A stretch of DNA of 63,908 nucleotides, counting the filler, from Phoronis australis (Eukaryota > Animalia > Phoronida), in assembly GCA_002633005.1 (NCBI GenBank). It is 6 parts of 6 records of this genome, joined end to end, with 100 filler letters (N's around TTAATTAATTAA, not from the genome) between each part and the next. Parts side by side here need not be neighbours in the genome. Positions count along the whole stretch, not along the records: positions 48,687 to 51,529 come from NMRA01003387.1; positions 51,630 to 56,152 come from NMRA01001278.1; positions 56,253 to 60,501 come from NMRA01002646.1; positions 60,602 to 63,908 come from NMRA01003098.1; 2 more parts are not named here. One strand, 5' to 3'. The position numbers and the translations under genes are program-made. This document shows positions 50,262 through 63,414 of this stretch, piece after piece. The notes beneath the pieces are model-generated. The model saw nothing but the letters and a program-made list of their open reading frames with translations, was not told where the DNA came from and ran no database searches. The number at the start of each line of letters is the position of its first letter. Within the stretch, counting starts at the first letter, position 1.

Positions 50262-52693
50262 GTAAGTATACCTGTTTTGTTCCTCACTGCTAGGTTACCA
50301 TGACGACCACCGAGTTAACAGAGTTGCAAATCCCATTCCATGTATTACAGAAATGCAAAGCAATATGGAATTTGACTATTTCAACCTGGAAAATTGCCTA
50401 CATTAATTCTTCAACAAAAATAATTGCCAACATTTATTCTATTTTCTAAGTCGGGTTACCTTTCTACAAATAGTACAAATTCCACAAAGTGATTGTTTTA
50501 TGATGTCTGCAGTGTGCAAACAGTGTGTAGAACCAAGCAGCTTTTATTACTGTTTATTTGTGGTGAGAAAATTAGCAAATACTAAAATTCCAGTAGTCCA
50601 CCACTATTCTGTGCTGAATAAGTGAAAAATTATGGAAGTTAAGGTGAATTGTACCCGGAAAATTTCCGCTTCAAGATACTTCTTTTTTTGTTAATGGTCG
50701 TCGTGTCATGGTTTGCTTTGATATACTGTACCTAATGAGATTTGCATTTTCGCTAAATTGTGGGAATTCGTTTCAATCTACAGTAGTTTCTAATTCAACC
50801 ACTTGTGTGCTTCCTCTCGGAAACATTCAGGGGTTGCCATATTAAGACATCTTGAGATGTTGAAGTAATTGCTTGAGGGCCTCATGGAAAGCAGTGAGAA
50901 CTGATGGGGATACCCTCATTGTAAATATTACAATAATAAATATATAAATAAATAAATAGTTCACAGGTTCTGTTAAAGTTGAAAATGCTCTGTAAACTAT
51001 TGCCAGAATACAAACTTGTGGAGCCATTCACTGTTGTCTGGTCTCACGGCAGATGGAGTCTTGGCTAATCACCTAAAATCCACTAATAACCTCGCCTATG
51101 ATATAGAAACGTTATGCTTTAAGACACGTTTAATTGTATCATTAAGTCCTATGGGTGCATTAACAATTTTGGGTAATTTCATTAAAAGTGCAACATGTAT
51201 ATTATTATATGTTATTATTTGATAAAAAACAACGTTTATGGCCACTTACCGTTTATAAAACTGATTTCATCTTATTCCTTAACCAGTTTACAATTGATTT
51301 CTTGGCTTGGTAAGAACTGTCAGTGTTGCTGCAGTACCGTGTAGAGAAAGTTGTTTTAACTTGAGAACATAGTTTGTAGCTGCGATAACATTTAAGTGTA
51401 ACTCTTTCTAATCCTCGTGTTCTGGTGACCGTAAACAGTGATCTATGTAGCCTTCATCTTATGACTAATGAGTCCCTGTTAAGCCAGTTGAATCATTTGA
51501 TTACCTGTTTGTGATAAGCACTCCTATCGNNNNNNNNNNNNNNNNNNNNNNNNNNNNNNNNNNNNNNNNNNNNTTAATTAATTAANNNNNNNNNNNNNNN
51601 NNNNNNNNNNNNNNNNNNNNNNNNNNNNNCATGGTTTTTAATTCACGAAGAAAAAAAATCAGTGCTTTTGTACAGTGCAAGTTGCACTGTGGTCTAGTTA
51701 AATACCACATTTTCCAGAAATCAGTTTGAAATCATGTACTGACATTTCAAAAAATCCTGCGGCCTTCCTCTCAGTTATGCAAGCAGTGGTTAGAGTAGAC
51801 ATAACGATTGCCTGAACTGGGCCAGGAGAGCTGGTTGAACGGTGGCCATATCCCACAGTCTCCAAATGCCTGAAGCTTTTCTAGGCAAATTAAGCCTCAC
51901 GTTGGCAAAATCACCTGAGTAGAAACTAATTACTGTGTCATCCAGATAAGCTGAGCAACAGATTACAGCCGCAATTACATGGGAGACTGTTGTCACGGAG
52001 ACTGTTGTCACGGAGCAACTAATATGGAACAGCTAATCGAGCACATGTGTGTGTCAGGATTGACACGGAACAAGTTGACACTGCAGTGGGCATTTTTGAC
52101 ACTGATTTGAAAGGTGTTTAGCAAGTTGCACTCGATCAGTAGCTCCTGTGGCAACTACACTTCTAAACACAAACTGGGGCAAGGCGGAAGAGATCCTCTC
52201 TAGTGTGCTTGTGCAGAAGCATACACACGAGAGATCCGCTGACATTCTACATGCTTCAGACATATGGCTTATGCGAGCATATGCACACACAGCTCTTCAT
52301 GTATTGCTGATCGAGTTTGCAATCTAATGTCGCGTAAATCAGGGGCGGATCCAGGATTTGAGTTAGGGAGGTCAGGATTTTGCCCATCAGACATTCACAC
52401 CCCCAAACTGCCAAATGGAATCTAGGAGAATTTTAGGGGGGCATGGCCTCTCTCAATCGCCACTGTCAATGCGACTTAAGATTAAGTGGAGGAGTCGCTT
52501 CATGACACCTTGCACCATGCCAACTGTTCCCAGTGTAAAAAAGTTGATGGTTTTCTGATGCTGTGACATTATGCCATGAATCCGATGCTCATAATTTGCA
52601 CTGAAATTAACAGCACCATGCACAAAATATTGAGTGAATTGGACTGTCATGGGCTGAAGCTAAGGAAAAACCTTACAAACACACTGGCATTAC

Positions 52694-53204
52694 CTGCCCT
52701 GTGAAAGCCAAACGACATGCGTTTCGTGGCTGGTTTAGAAGCAATCCAAAGTGCAAACAAGCTAATCAGAAAGCCAGCGAGATCGCTTGCCATGTGTGTT
52801 GCGTCCGTCATGAGAGCTAAGCTGTTGGCAAATGCCCCTCCAATGATTTCACCAATCATGAACAGCAAGCACAACACGGAGACGCCAATAAGCTGATTCC
52901 TAGCCGTGTTTGAACGTTCTCTGTTGTCCGAGTGGCAATGCGTAACTGCATAATCGTCATGGGACCGACTGGATGTGTCCTGCAGCACTGCCACTTCCGG
53001 GTAGTCGTCGGCTCCTAGCAGCTGATCATCACCGTCTCCGTCACGAATACGCAAGAAACTTGGCGAGAAACTGTGATCCGTTAAGAGCGGTTCATCACCT
53101 ACGCTTGACGAAGACCGTGATCCACTTTCTGGCAGAAGAGGGTGCTTATCGGGGTCTAGGTCTTGTCCCCGCAGATTACGACTTGCGCTTTCACTATCCG
53201 CCAT
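52694..53204 (-). CDS. SLC30/ZnT (ZnT2/3/8-like) zinc transporter, first coding exon
   Basis: ATCATGG start. HCH motif, ARNQL..SVLCLLFMIGEIIGG..ANSLALMTDATHMASDLAGFLISLFALW.ASKPATKRMSFGFHRA (CDF signature with HxxxD in TM2). Donor G|GTAATG. Confidence 0.93.
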
Positions 53205-53225
53205 GATTTTAGACTTGCATGCGCT

Positions 53226-53626
53226 GTGCGTGAACTTGGGATCCTTCTTAATCTCAAGATCGCGTATGCGTGAACTTGGAATACTCGGTGAAAGTTGGTA
53301 AGTTCACTCAAACAATCTGAGGTTTACGTTCATAAAATTTTGCACTGCACTAAAGCAAATCCCATGTTAATAAATCAACGTAAATTTTAACCAACCCTTC
53401 TTCAACTATTGACGATCTTATTGCAAACAAATATTGATTAACTATTCACATATTCCTATAATTCTGTGACACAATTTCGTAAAGGAGAAATGGGTGATTT
53501 TGAACTCAGTAATTACAAAACTTCATTACAATGAACTAAAAATCACCTGATCGCCTAAATGAATATTTAATTCCGATATCACGCACACGCGATCTCGAGA
53601 TTAAGCAGGACTATAAGTTCACGCAC
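53226..53626. mobile_element. ~400-bp MITE with ~57-bp imperfect TIRs, immediately upstream of the ZnT start codon
   Basis: GTGCGTGAACTTGGGATCCTTCTTAATCTCAAGATCGCGTATGCGTGA versus the reverse complement of TCACGCACACGCGATCTCGAGATTAAGCAGGACTATAAGTTCACGCAC. Confidence 0.7.
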
Positions 53627-54494
53627 GACACCGTCACCCATTCGACGAAACTTCAGCGTTCAGTTGACTCGAAGCAAACATCGCCCGCGCCGGACTGACT
53701 CGCTCACTCAGGGCAAAGGTTGATTTGCGGATTTGGTATGCCATATTAGAAAGTCAGTAGTGTCACCGAGCAGAAATTGGCTTCATTATTTCTTTCTTCT
53801 TTGCAAATGCATTTTTCGTATTCATAGTCATCCAATACACACTTATACCCTTTTATGTAGTAAGCCTAAATGCTCGGGAAATTCAGTGAGGACTTCAGGA
53901 GCCGAATGCATAAAACTTTAAATTTATTAGGTGGAATGATTGGTTTGATTCAGTGTTTCGTCGTGACCTCAGATTAAATACAATGTTGCACTATATTAAC
54001 TTGAGGTGAGATTATCTTACGCTATTCTTGCCACTTCTAGCAGAAGTGGACTGCCCGGCCTACACGGCCGGGTCATGCAACCGGGCAAACAGCCGGGACA
54101 GTTCGTGATATCAAGTTGCAACATATTCCTGTAGTACCCAAAACACAGTGACAAAACTTCCTTAATTGCCCCTTAGAAGATTTTTCGGAAGCGTCTTTAG
54201 TGATGCCAGACTCTACTCGCTTAGGCCTACTATGAATCGTGAGCTCTCTACCACTATTTCAAACCTTTTTGCACCTAGCTAACAGTTCGCACTGATTGAA
54301 CTATCCTTACTTTGCCTAGTTTTAATAAAACTAGTTCAAACAATTAAACTTGACAATGAATGCTTCTTTATATTTATTAATCAAAACACCCGCGGATAGC
54401 TAACACAAGTTGTTAGGTTTCTTTAGTACACAAGCACACTGACTCACACTCGGCACTCCCTCAAGATGGCTCATGGGGCCTCACACTTAAGCCT

Positions 54495-55230
54495 TAAAAG
54501 GGGACTGTAGTCAAAATAATGTTGCGATTAATCGGTTCTAACATACAAATAAAACTCACATTTGCCTGAAAATCAACTTTTCTGACAACATAATTATGCA
54601 AAGTTATTATTTACAGGGAATTGAATTTCATCAAAAAGCTCTCTGGACTGTATTCTTTTTAAAAGGGGACTGTAGTCAAAATAATGTTGCAGTTAATCAG
54701 TTCTAACATACAAATAAAACTCACATTTGCCTGATTTGCGTGTCAAACAAAAGCCAATTCGTATTCATGGTCAAAACACTTAATTCTGAAAACTATCGCT
54801 GATTGGCTGATGTGTCAGTGACGTGAACGGCGGGGTATCGGCTGCTTTACACGTTCATTGCTTATGTCATATTTGAAGAGTTTACATCGCAATTTATCAT
54901 TGTATGAATCGTCCTTATTTTTTATGGTTTGCCACAGTGCTGTAAAAGGTTCGCTATGCCTTGTTGTATGGCACCTGGTTGCTCAAACTCTTCGAAAAAG
55001 GCGTCTTCTAAAGGGATGGTTATCGCATACCATCGCCGGGTTACCAAGCCTTGGCCCAAAGCTCAGTGTATACTAGATATAATACATGAGCTGACTGAGC
55101 TATGCCTTGTTGTATGGCTGTATGACACCGGGTTGCTCAAACTCTTCGAAAAAGGTGTCTTCTAAAGGGATGGTCATCACATACCATCGCTGGGTTACCC
55201 AAGCCTTGGCCCAAGCTGTATACTAAATAT
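54495..55230 (+). mobile_element. Kolobok-like remnant: duplicated TTAA|AAGGGG terminus plus duplicated THAP-domain start
   Basis: ~75-bp direct repeats at ~54495 and ~54659. MPCCMAPGCSNSSKKASSKGMVIAYHR at 54956 (THAP CxxxGCxN...H.), with a broken duplicate at 55102. Confidence 0.55.
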
Positions 55231-56956
55231 AGGCCTACAGGTTTGAGTCGATATGGGTAAAAAATTGACAAATAAATCCTGACTAAAAATTAATGCCATT
55301 AAAACTAATCTCATCCTTGAGTAAACCTATTAACCAGGTTCCTAGAGTAAACTAACTTCAGTATTCACCGGTGTTGGAAAAGTTAGCGATCGTTCATCGG
55401 CTGCTGCTAAAATTGTGATGTGTTCTCTTGAGTCGGCTTTTTGCGGTTATGTCACCTGACCTTTACCAGTTTCTTTTCCACCCGATTCTTTTATTAAGTG
55501 TTCGTCGCTGCCAGTACCTAGGTTGCATACAAGTTACAACAAATTATAGGAACTTGTTTCATTTTGTTACAAGTTTTTAGTATTTTTTTACCAGCAAACC
55601 GAATTTCAGAACAATCTTGGTGCTGCGAAGCTGTCATCATGTCCGGGCCAAAAGACGCCTCAAATTTTAGGAAATGGCGCGTGCGCCGTGTCACGAGCGT
55701 GCTGTTTTTGAACCGGACGACACTTCTTTGTTACAAAAGGCGGCAAATTGTGCCGCTTCCAGATGACGTTTATTTGATTGTTTTCCACTTAAACGGCTGC
55801 AACGAACAATGCGAGTGTCGGTGTATACCAGGTTTTTCATGCACCCCCGCTGGTACGTTAGCTTTATATGTTGATGTAGCCTAAGTTTTACGACGAGGTA
55901 ACAAGCATAAGTCAACTATACCCGGGTACTCAAGGGCTAACTGAAATTTCGAGGTTAACAGAGCTCAACACACAGTGTGGTACGATAGTCTTCATACAGC
56001 TATAGTCGGTAGCTTACCAACCTTTCGAGTTTACAGAGTTGAGAATTGGCTAGCAGCTGGCTGACTGGCTGGCTAGAGTTCACATTGCCCACGGCACAGT
56101 CACACCAGTGTAAATTTGATTTACGGACTGGTTGCACCGGAAAATTTTCGTCNNNNNNNNNNNNNNNNNNNNNNNNNNNNNNNNNNNNNNNNNNNNTTAA
56201 TTAATTAANNNNNNNNNNNNNNNNNNNNNNNNNNNNNNNNNNNNNNNNNNNNGGGGCATGGCCCCCTTGGCCTGCCCCCGGCCCTAAATCCGCCATTGTT
56301 AAACTTGAAAATGGCGATATAGACTTAAGCAAAGTGTAACGAATGATATTAATTATGTCTGTCTGAGTTTGAAATGGACGCCATGAGTGTAAGGTCTCCG
56401 GTAGCCTGACCCTGGCTGAGGCAGGCCTGGCCGCGGCTCCGGCCTCGCCACTCAATGAGTAAATCCTCTGACTTGGAATCAACACTTGTCGTGAAGATAA
56501 TAAAGACACCTTTCAATATCCCGGAATTTGACTGAAACAAATACACACCTAATACCCTGTACTTTTTTCTCATTATCAATACACAAGACAGATTTTAGAA
56601 TGTTAATTTTAAAAGTTCTATATGCTAAGTTGGAAAAGGATCGGTTGGATTTTCGAAAAGTACTTTTCGCGGGAACTAACGATGGGGTTTCCCGCACTAG
56701 AACACGTTCTTTTCCGGCATATCGTCCATCATGGTTGGTTTTCACACATTTTATCACCTAGAAAACATTGCTTTAAATGACGAGCAAGAATTCGAGTCAC
56801 ATTTTAAATGTGAAAGAAATAGAGCATATAACAAGGAGAAACTTTACGTAGTAACATTTCACTGCAGCAATCTTCATTCTTTACTAACTCCGACCCATTC
56901 CCCGTGCCGTGTTCGCTCCACAGGCGTCCTCAGCTTCTGATCGTCCTCACTACATA

Positions 56957-58703
56957 TAGGGAGGACACTCAAAAAGTAGGTCACGGTGCTCCATATCTGC
57001 CTCCGTGTAAAACCCACGTCGGTAAATTACCCGATTTCAGACTTCAAAGTTAACTATAAGACAATTTTGTGTTATAAATCATTACCTTAGTCTTTATTTG
57101 TAAGTTTGTAATCTTTTTGTCTCAAATTATCGCTGATAAATCATTTTTTGTAAGCTTTTTTTAGCGCACGATTTTCCGCCATGCGATCAACTTTCGAAAA
57201 AGTACCTCTTGTTCCTCCTATCCAAAAGAGCACTATACTCTCAAATACAAACATGAAATTTGGACAGGATGTAGTTTAGATGCGTGCGCATCTCCTCAAG
57301 TTGTTTTCTCGAAGTCTAGGCCAAGTTTTCATGGCGAGTTTTCGATCGTCCGGAAGGCCTAATTTTGGTCGNAATCTTTTTGTCTCAAATTATCGCTGAT
57401 AAATCATTTTTTGTAAGCTTTTTTTAGCGCACGATTTTCCGCCATGCGATCAACTTTCGAAAAAGTACCTCTTGTTCCTCCTATCCAAAAGAGCACTATA
57501 CTCTCAAATACAAACATGAAATTTGGACAGGATGTAGTTTAGATGCGTGCGCATCTCCTCAAGTTGTTTTCTCGAAGTCTTAGCCAAGTTTTCATGGCGA
57601 GTTTTCGATCGTCCGGAAGGCCTAATTTTGGTCGGTCGGGAGATTGATGTTTTTCCAGTTGCGCAATATGCACCCCCGATTTTTAGATGAGGAATTTATC
57701 ACTCTTTTTAATGGTAATTATTTCATTTTCAGAAATTCTGTCAAACTGCTGCGCATTGGCACTTTTCAAACAGCAGTCGTTAGTTCACTAAATCGCCGCA
57801 TGTCAGCGCCACCAGCGGCTACGTTGAAGTTCAATGGCATCGCAACTTCACCGTTCGAAATAAAGTTGTTACAAAGTTTTTGTTGCGTAAATGATGAAAT
57901 CCTTCATGTTAAGAGTGATTTGTTTGCCCAAATGGTCTTTTGCCTACTTTCTGATGTTTTTTGCCATGATACGATCTAATAGTACACGGGCGGCACCCAG
58001 CATTGAAAAAAGTCACTGGGGGAGCTATAGCCTCCCCCAGCCCCTTGTCACTGTCAGGCAATGATGTGTTGCCCATGTAATAGTATTCAGGGGCAGATCT
58101 AGGATTTTTCGATAGGAGGGGGGGGCAGAGCAGAGTATTACGCAGGATTTTAACTGTAAGATATTTGCACTCTCAAACTGCCAATTGAAGTATGGGAGTT
58201 TTAGGGGGGCACGGGCCAGGCCCCTTTGCCCCCCCCCAAATCCACCAATGTGATCTTGTGATTTGATGTGAAATTTCCTCCTAACTCAGATGTATTTATT
58301 TCTGAGCTGATGTGGTGTCTTTGCTCTTTACCTTTTAAGCTGTGTAATCCATTGTTTTCATCAAACATGATGAGCCTGTTCTATATGCTATAACAAGACA
58401 CTTAAACGGCAATATCTCTGTAGAAATCGATCCAAATTTTATATAATACACACCACCATGTTTGTCTCAATGAGACGAATCTTTTTATATGCAGCACATG
58501 TATATTCTTTTATTTTTTACGAAATTATGTAAAAAGGCAGATATTTTACGCATAATCGTCGCGTTTCAACGGCCATTTTCTCGTCAACCACTCATCCAAT
58601 TTTTCTGATTTTTGCACCATTTTATTTCTCACACAAAGGGCTTTTCAAAAATGTATGACACATGGGTATTGTAAAAAAAATTAAAAAAACGTTGTCCTCC
58701 CTA
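56957..58703. mobile_element. Non-autonomous hAT-like DNA transposon with nested short MITE (~58088-58250)
   Basis: Termini TAGGGAGGACA / TGTCCTCCCTA. CTACATA(T) is duplicated at 56950 and 58704. Confidence 0.7.
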
Positions 58704-58801
58704 CTACATATAATACTACAAGGTATGACACTCCCGACTAGAAATTCTACGGGTGCTTCATTTCAGCCCTCCACAGCTAACATAAAACTCAATAAATTTA
58801 C

Positions 58802-59221
58802 ACAAAACAAGGTTTCAATAAACCATTGTCAATTGTTCTTTCGGTCCGTTCTTTCTTCCAATACCATCCACGGTGTCCTGTTCCGGCGACTTCGTAAGAA
58901 ATTCGCAGTCAAAGAACAGAAATGTTCACAAAAAGCCCAAACACACTTCCATCGTGGACGGCTCGAGGTCAAGGACGGTACGGAAATTACCGATGAATTA
59001 CGGATGGACGGTGTTATCGACATTGTAACTTTACTCGACAAACTGGCAATTTCCATACCGTCCTTGACCTCGAGTCGTCCAAGGTGGAAGTGTGTTTGGG
59101 GTTTTTGTGAACATTTTTGTTCTTTGACTGCGAATTTCTTACGAAGTCGCGGGAACAGGACACCGTGAATGGTATTGGAAGAATGAACAATTGCCAATCG
59201 TTTGTTGAAACCTTGTTTTGT
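58802..59221. mobile_element. Palindromic fold-back MITE (~190-bp arms)
   Basis: The left arm 58802-~58990 is the reverse complement of ~59045-59221, which explains the mirror ORFs on both strands. Confidence 0.85.
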
Positions 59222-59821
59222 TATTTAAAGATTTTTGCAGATTTTATTAATGATAATTTAAACTCTTGTAGTGTCTTACATAGTCATACATATAGTGTTG
59301 ACTGCCTCCAACATTCTGTAATGGGCTTGATGTTGGTTAATCAGGCCCTGCATTAGTGCTAAGGGCTGAAATGCCAAGCCAGGCCAAAAGTTCAAACCTG
59401 ACGCAGCACTTTTCAAACTCGACGCGCACTTTCCAAACTCGACGCGGCAAAATCCAAACTCGTTACAGCGTCGAGTTAAAACAGGTCGTGGAGAACACTG
59501 GCTTTGTTGAACCCGTTTTGTGTAAATTTGTTGAGTTTTGAGTTTCATTTCGACGACTGAAGTGAAGCACCCGTCGAATTTCTAGTCCCAAGTGTCATCT
59601 TGTGTATATATATAGTATGTTGGGGACTATCAAAAGCTGAGGACACCTGTGTTCCCAATATAAAGACACTGTTCATGCGTCTTTCAAGAATTTGTAATCT
59701 CAAGTTAAAGAAATCTGTTTTTTAAAGCAGCCAGTTCCAAAAACACGACTCCTTTGTCTGCTTTGCTTCCACCAGATGAAACTCGAAGACTACTCTCATT
59801 TGGAATTTCCTATGATTAAAA

Positions 59822-59963
59822 ATGGTGAAAGTCGAGTAAACAGATCTTTCTTCAAAATGGCTACTGGGAACCAGTTTTCACTGAATTACGGACATTGCTG
59901 TACTCAGTGAAAACTGGTTCCAGGCAGCCATCAAGAGGGACCCGTTTACTTGACTTTTACCAT
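59822..59963. repeat. ~140-bp imperfect hairpin
   Basis: ATGGTGAAAGTCGAGTAAAC..ATGGCT.CTGG.AACCAGTTTTCACTGA pairs with TCAGTGAAAACTGGTTCCAGGCAGCCAT..GTTTACTTGACTTTTACCAT. Confidence 0.75.
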
Positions 59964-62457
59964 AAAAACTGGATCATTACGCTAACTGTTGACGTCTTTT
60001 TCGCATCACCATCATTCACTTTGTGGCTAAAGTAATGTGGATGAAGTGGTAATGGTATGGGCAATAAGACATTCATCTGGAAAATGTTGATATTTACAAA
60101 TATACAATGTACCCACTTCTTTTATCAGCCAATTTTCTGTATTTGCCAGCACCCAATAAGGTTTTGGTTTGCAACATGTAGGCAAAGTTGTATTCCAATG
60201 GGTACCTTTTCAGGCGTGTCTATAAATAGCTAATTGCAGACAGGTTATGTATCTAGCCTGGTCGAGTGACTGGGACTGTGTGAGTTAAAGGCGAAGGCAA
60301 CCTTTTGCATGTCATTTTGAGCTAAAATAAGGTTGGTTGGTTATCCTAGACATATTTTCCACTTACAGCTTTTCGTAATTTTATTAATTGCTCGTCCGCT
60401 ACTCCGGAAGTGACGTTTTAGGAGGCAAGCGTTTCCCGCCACTTGGTTTTGCGTTGAGTTTACCTTGCGAATCTGTTCTGTTCTACTTTTGTTTTGTGCT
60501 GNNNNNNNNNNNNNNNNNNNNNNNNNNNNNNNNNNNNNNNNNNNNTTAATTAATTAANNNNNNNNNNNNNNNNNNNNNNNNNNNNNNNNNNNNNNNNNNN
60601 NATATAGAGAAATATTAATGGGGGAACCTGTGGTGCATTAAAAAGTAGGACTGTCACTTGACACAACAATAAACCCATTTTCCATGAGTACATTGCAGAT
60701 CAGCCGTTGGTTTTGGCTCGTTGGTAAAGAACTCAAATTTGGTTAAAGGAACAGCTAAACAGAGCACAATACTGCTTTCAATAAATTTAAATCCAAAAGT
60801 GGCTTCAAGTCTTCTTTAACAGGCTGCAGGGAGATGGCAGACTTGTATTGAGGGATTACAATCCTACATTGCATTTCATTTCCTTTAAATGCACTTTCCT
60901 TGCATACATTCATGCTAGCTTTCAAGCTTGTTAAGAAGTATTGAATTTGCAATTTTACCAGCTTAACATTCCAACAGTGTTCTTTTATTGCTCAAATTCC
61001 TGTTTTCCAATTTTTTAAAGGCTCACTGCACCATTGTGAATTAGTAAGACCAAATGTTGCTTGATGATAGGTGTGCAAACAAACCATGCTTTCAGTAACT
61101 AAAGCAAAATTTTCGTAATTGTACAGGTATGTTTGCTCAGAAATGTTCAAAACAACCCCATTTTCCACCATGCCTTGTTCTCAGAATTGGATAACTTTTA
61201 ACATTTGTAAGGTGACTTCACACAGCTACTTCATATTGAAAAGCAGCAACTGTTGAAAATTTGACTACATTATTATGAAAGTTTCATAATTTTGGAGATC
61301 GATACACAATTTGTTTTAGGTGGGTCGGTTAATTACATTGATGATCTTGCAGAACTTCTCTTTAAACTACCAGCTGAGAATGAGACATGTCTAAGTTATG
61401 CTGTTTTAGTGATTAATCCAAAGATGTGAAATTGAAATTAAAATACTGGTTTATCTCTAACAAGGCTGTTCTAGGTTAACTCGCAACTAAAACGCTAAGC
61501 CATGTATAAACTTTGGCTCCATCAAAGAAACTTACTTTTGATTTAAACAACTTTAACTGCTGTAAAAGTTGACTCGACTTTTTCCTTAAATCAGATTACT
61601 TAGTGTTTTTGGTTAAGAAATGAATGACTGTTTGATATTTCCAATTTGTCAAACAATAACGAACTATGTATTCTTTTCAAACCCAGGGATCTCTTGTAAT
61701 TTGTCTTTAAGGTTCCATATTAGACCAATGTCATAAGTGATGATGGTCTAAATCAATTGTCAGTTTTGCGACCAAAGGTGGAGTCCACCATTTAGTCTAA
61801 AACCAAAAATGGTATACAAAACAAAGATCAAAATTTCGGCAGACACCAAACACGAATTATTTTCCAGATATTTTGGGAAACGCCAAATTAATACAAATGG
61901 TTGATTCCAAAAATGCTTTCATAGAGAGAAATTCCATTCTCGAAGAAAATCTGTAGATTCACCTTTTTATCATGACAAGCCTCGACATCACTTTTCCTAA
62001 TTCAAGAGTCCATTCCGGCTCTTTGCATGTCAGAATGGACAAAATAGCTTGGGATTTCCCCCGAAATCTGTTCATCATGACCCAGACGAGGAAGTCTCGG
62101 TTCAGAATAGAAATGTTAACAGGGAAACAATTTCAGTCGGAATATAACGATTCACGACTAGTTATTTTTGCTGTGGGAAGGATTTTAATTTGGTCATGAT
62201 GGGAGAATTACATTTTACTCGATTACTTTTGGTGTGTACTATATATTCAGGGTTTCCTGTTGAGAATCATCAAATTTAATAGTCATTTCTGATTTCCATA
62301 GCAATTTTGTCCTAAATATAGTTTTATATCAGCTTGTGTTGGTCTGAGGACATGTTCGTCAAGCCCAATATTCTCTCTCATGGCATTAAGCAAATCTTAC
62401 TCTAAGGGGATTTGCACGCAAATGGACGAGAAAGTGTGCTCTTTCTACCCTCAATAG

Positions 62458-62505
62458 CAAATTCCTCGGCACATCAAAGGCTTGATGGCGCTGTCGCAGA
62501 TTAAA
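62458..62505 (+). CDS. Uncharacterised (putative NlpC/P60-like) protein, internal exon
   Basis: ctttctaccctcaatAG...GTGAGT, 48 nt, phase 0. QIPRHIKGLMALSQIK, in frame with the next exon. Confidence 0.55.
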
Positions 62506-63263
62506 GTGAGTTAGTCGTTATTCTTGGGCTTGGCTGAACGTGTTGGATGAGATAATTGCGGTCGTAAACCAACACGCCTGCTTAGTGGCGTACAAGTTTC
62601 AAAGTCACAAACGAACAATAAGTAAGCCAAATGACCTGAACATGACTGTTTTTAAAATTGTAAATAGTATCCATCTTTGAATTTTCAAAATCGATGCATT
62701 ATTAAAGAAATTAGCAAATAAGTTTTCTACAGCATTAATTTGTGAATCGATTATGACGGGCTATAGTCACAGTCTGGCTCAGGCTCGCTTAGGTGTTGGG
62801 TTTGCTAAACCCCAAATGTTAGCGTAGGAGTTGTCTCATGAGTACTCATTCTCTTGAGAAGTCACTTGATCTACATCTTGCTTTAATGGTTACTCAAATT
62901 TTGTGGCTATTTTTCAACTGCTCTCAGCAGCTATACAGTAAAATCCCACAAATTTCAAACAAAAATGATTGCCAAAATTGACATTTTTTATTTTTCAAGG
63001 ACTTCTAAGATTGTTATAAATGTCCAAAATTTTTAAACACTGCCATAACTATGACATAGAACTTGAACATGGGAAAGTGCTAATTTGGTGCTAAATATCT
63101 TTTATGGGAAAATGAAAAAGTAAAATGTCACGTGTCCCCCATATTGTGTACTAAATTGATGAGATTTTGTCATACTGCTCTTCTATGGAATTATGAAGCC
63201 ATCTTAGTGGCATTAAAGTGTGGCTGTTCACAAATTGATAAAATTTTGTCTAAACATTTTCAG

Positions 63264-63414
63264 GATGAAATTCGTGAGGCACGGCGAATGAAGGAACTGG
63301 AGTTGCAGTCAAGAAGTGACCCAGATGTTATGTGGGCACTGAGGATGAAGTTTCTTGATCAAGTCAAAAAATACTTTGGTGTTCCGTATGCCAAAAAGTA
63401 CTGGTGCCCAGAAG
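63264..63414 (+). CDS. Uncharacterised (putative NlpC/P60-like) protein, internal exon
   Basis: ttttcAG...GTAACT. DEIREARRMKELELQSRSDPDVMWALRMKFLDQVKKYFGVPYAKKYWCPE resembles the 'A..Y.G.PY' lead-in of NlpC/P60 domains. Confidence 0.65.

Noticed and set aside
57110-57634. 262-bp near-perfect tandem duplication
   Set aside because: The copies are separated by a single N (57372) and differ at about two bases. This is typical of unmerged overlapping contig ends or haplotypes.
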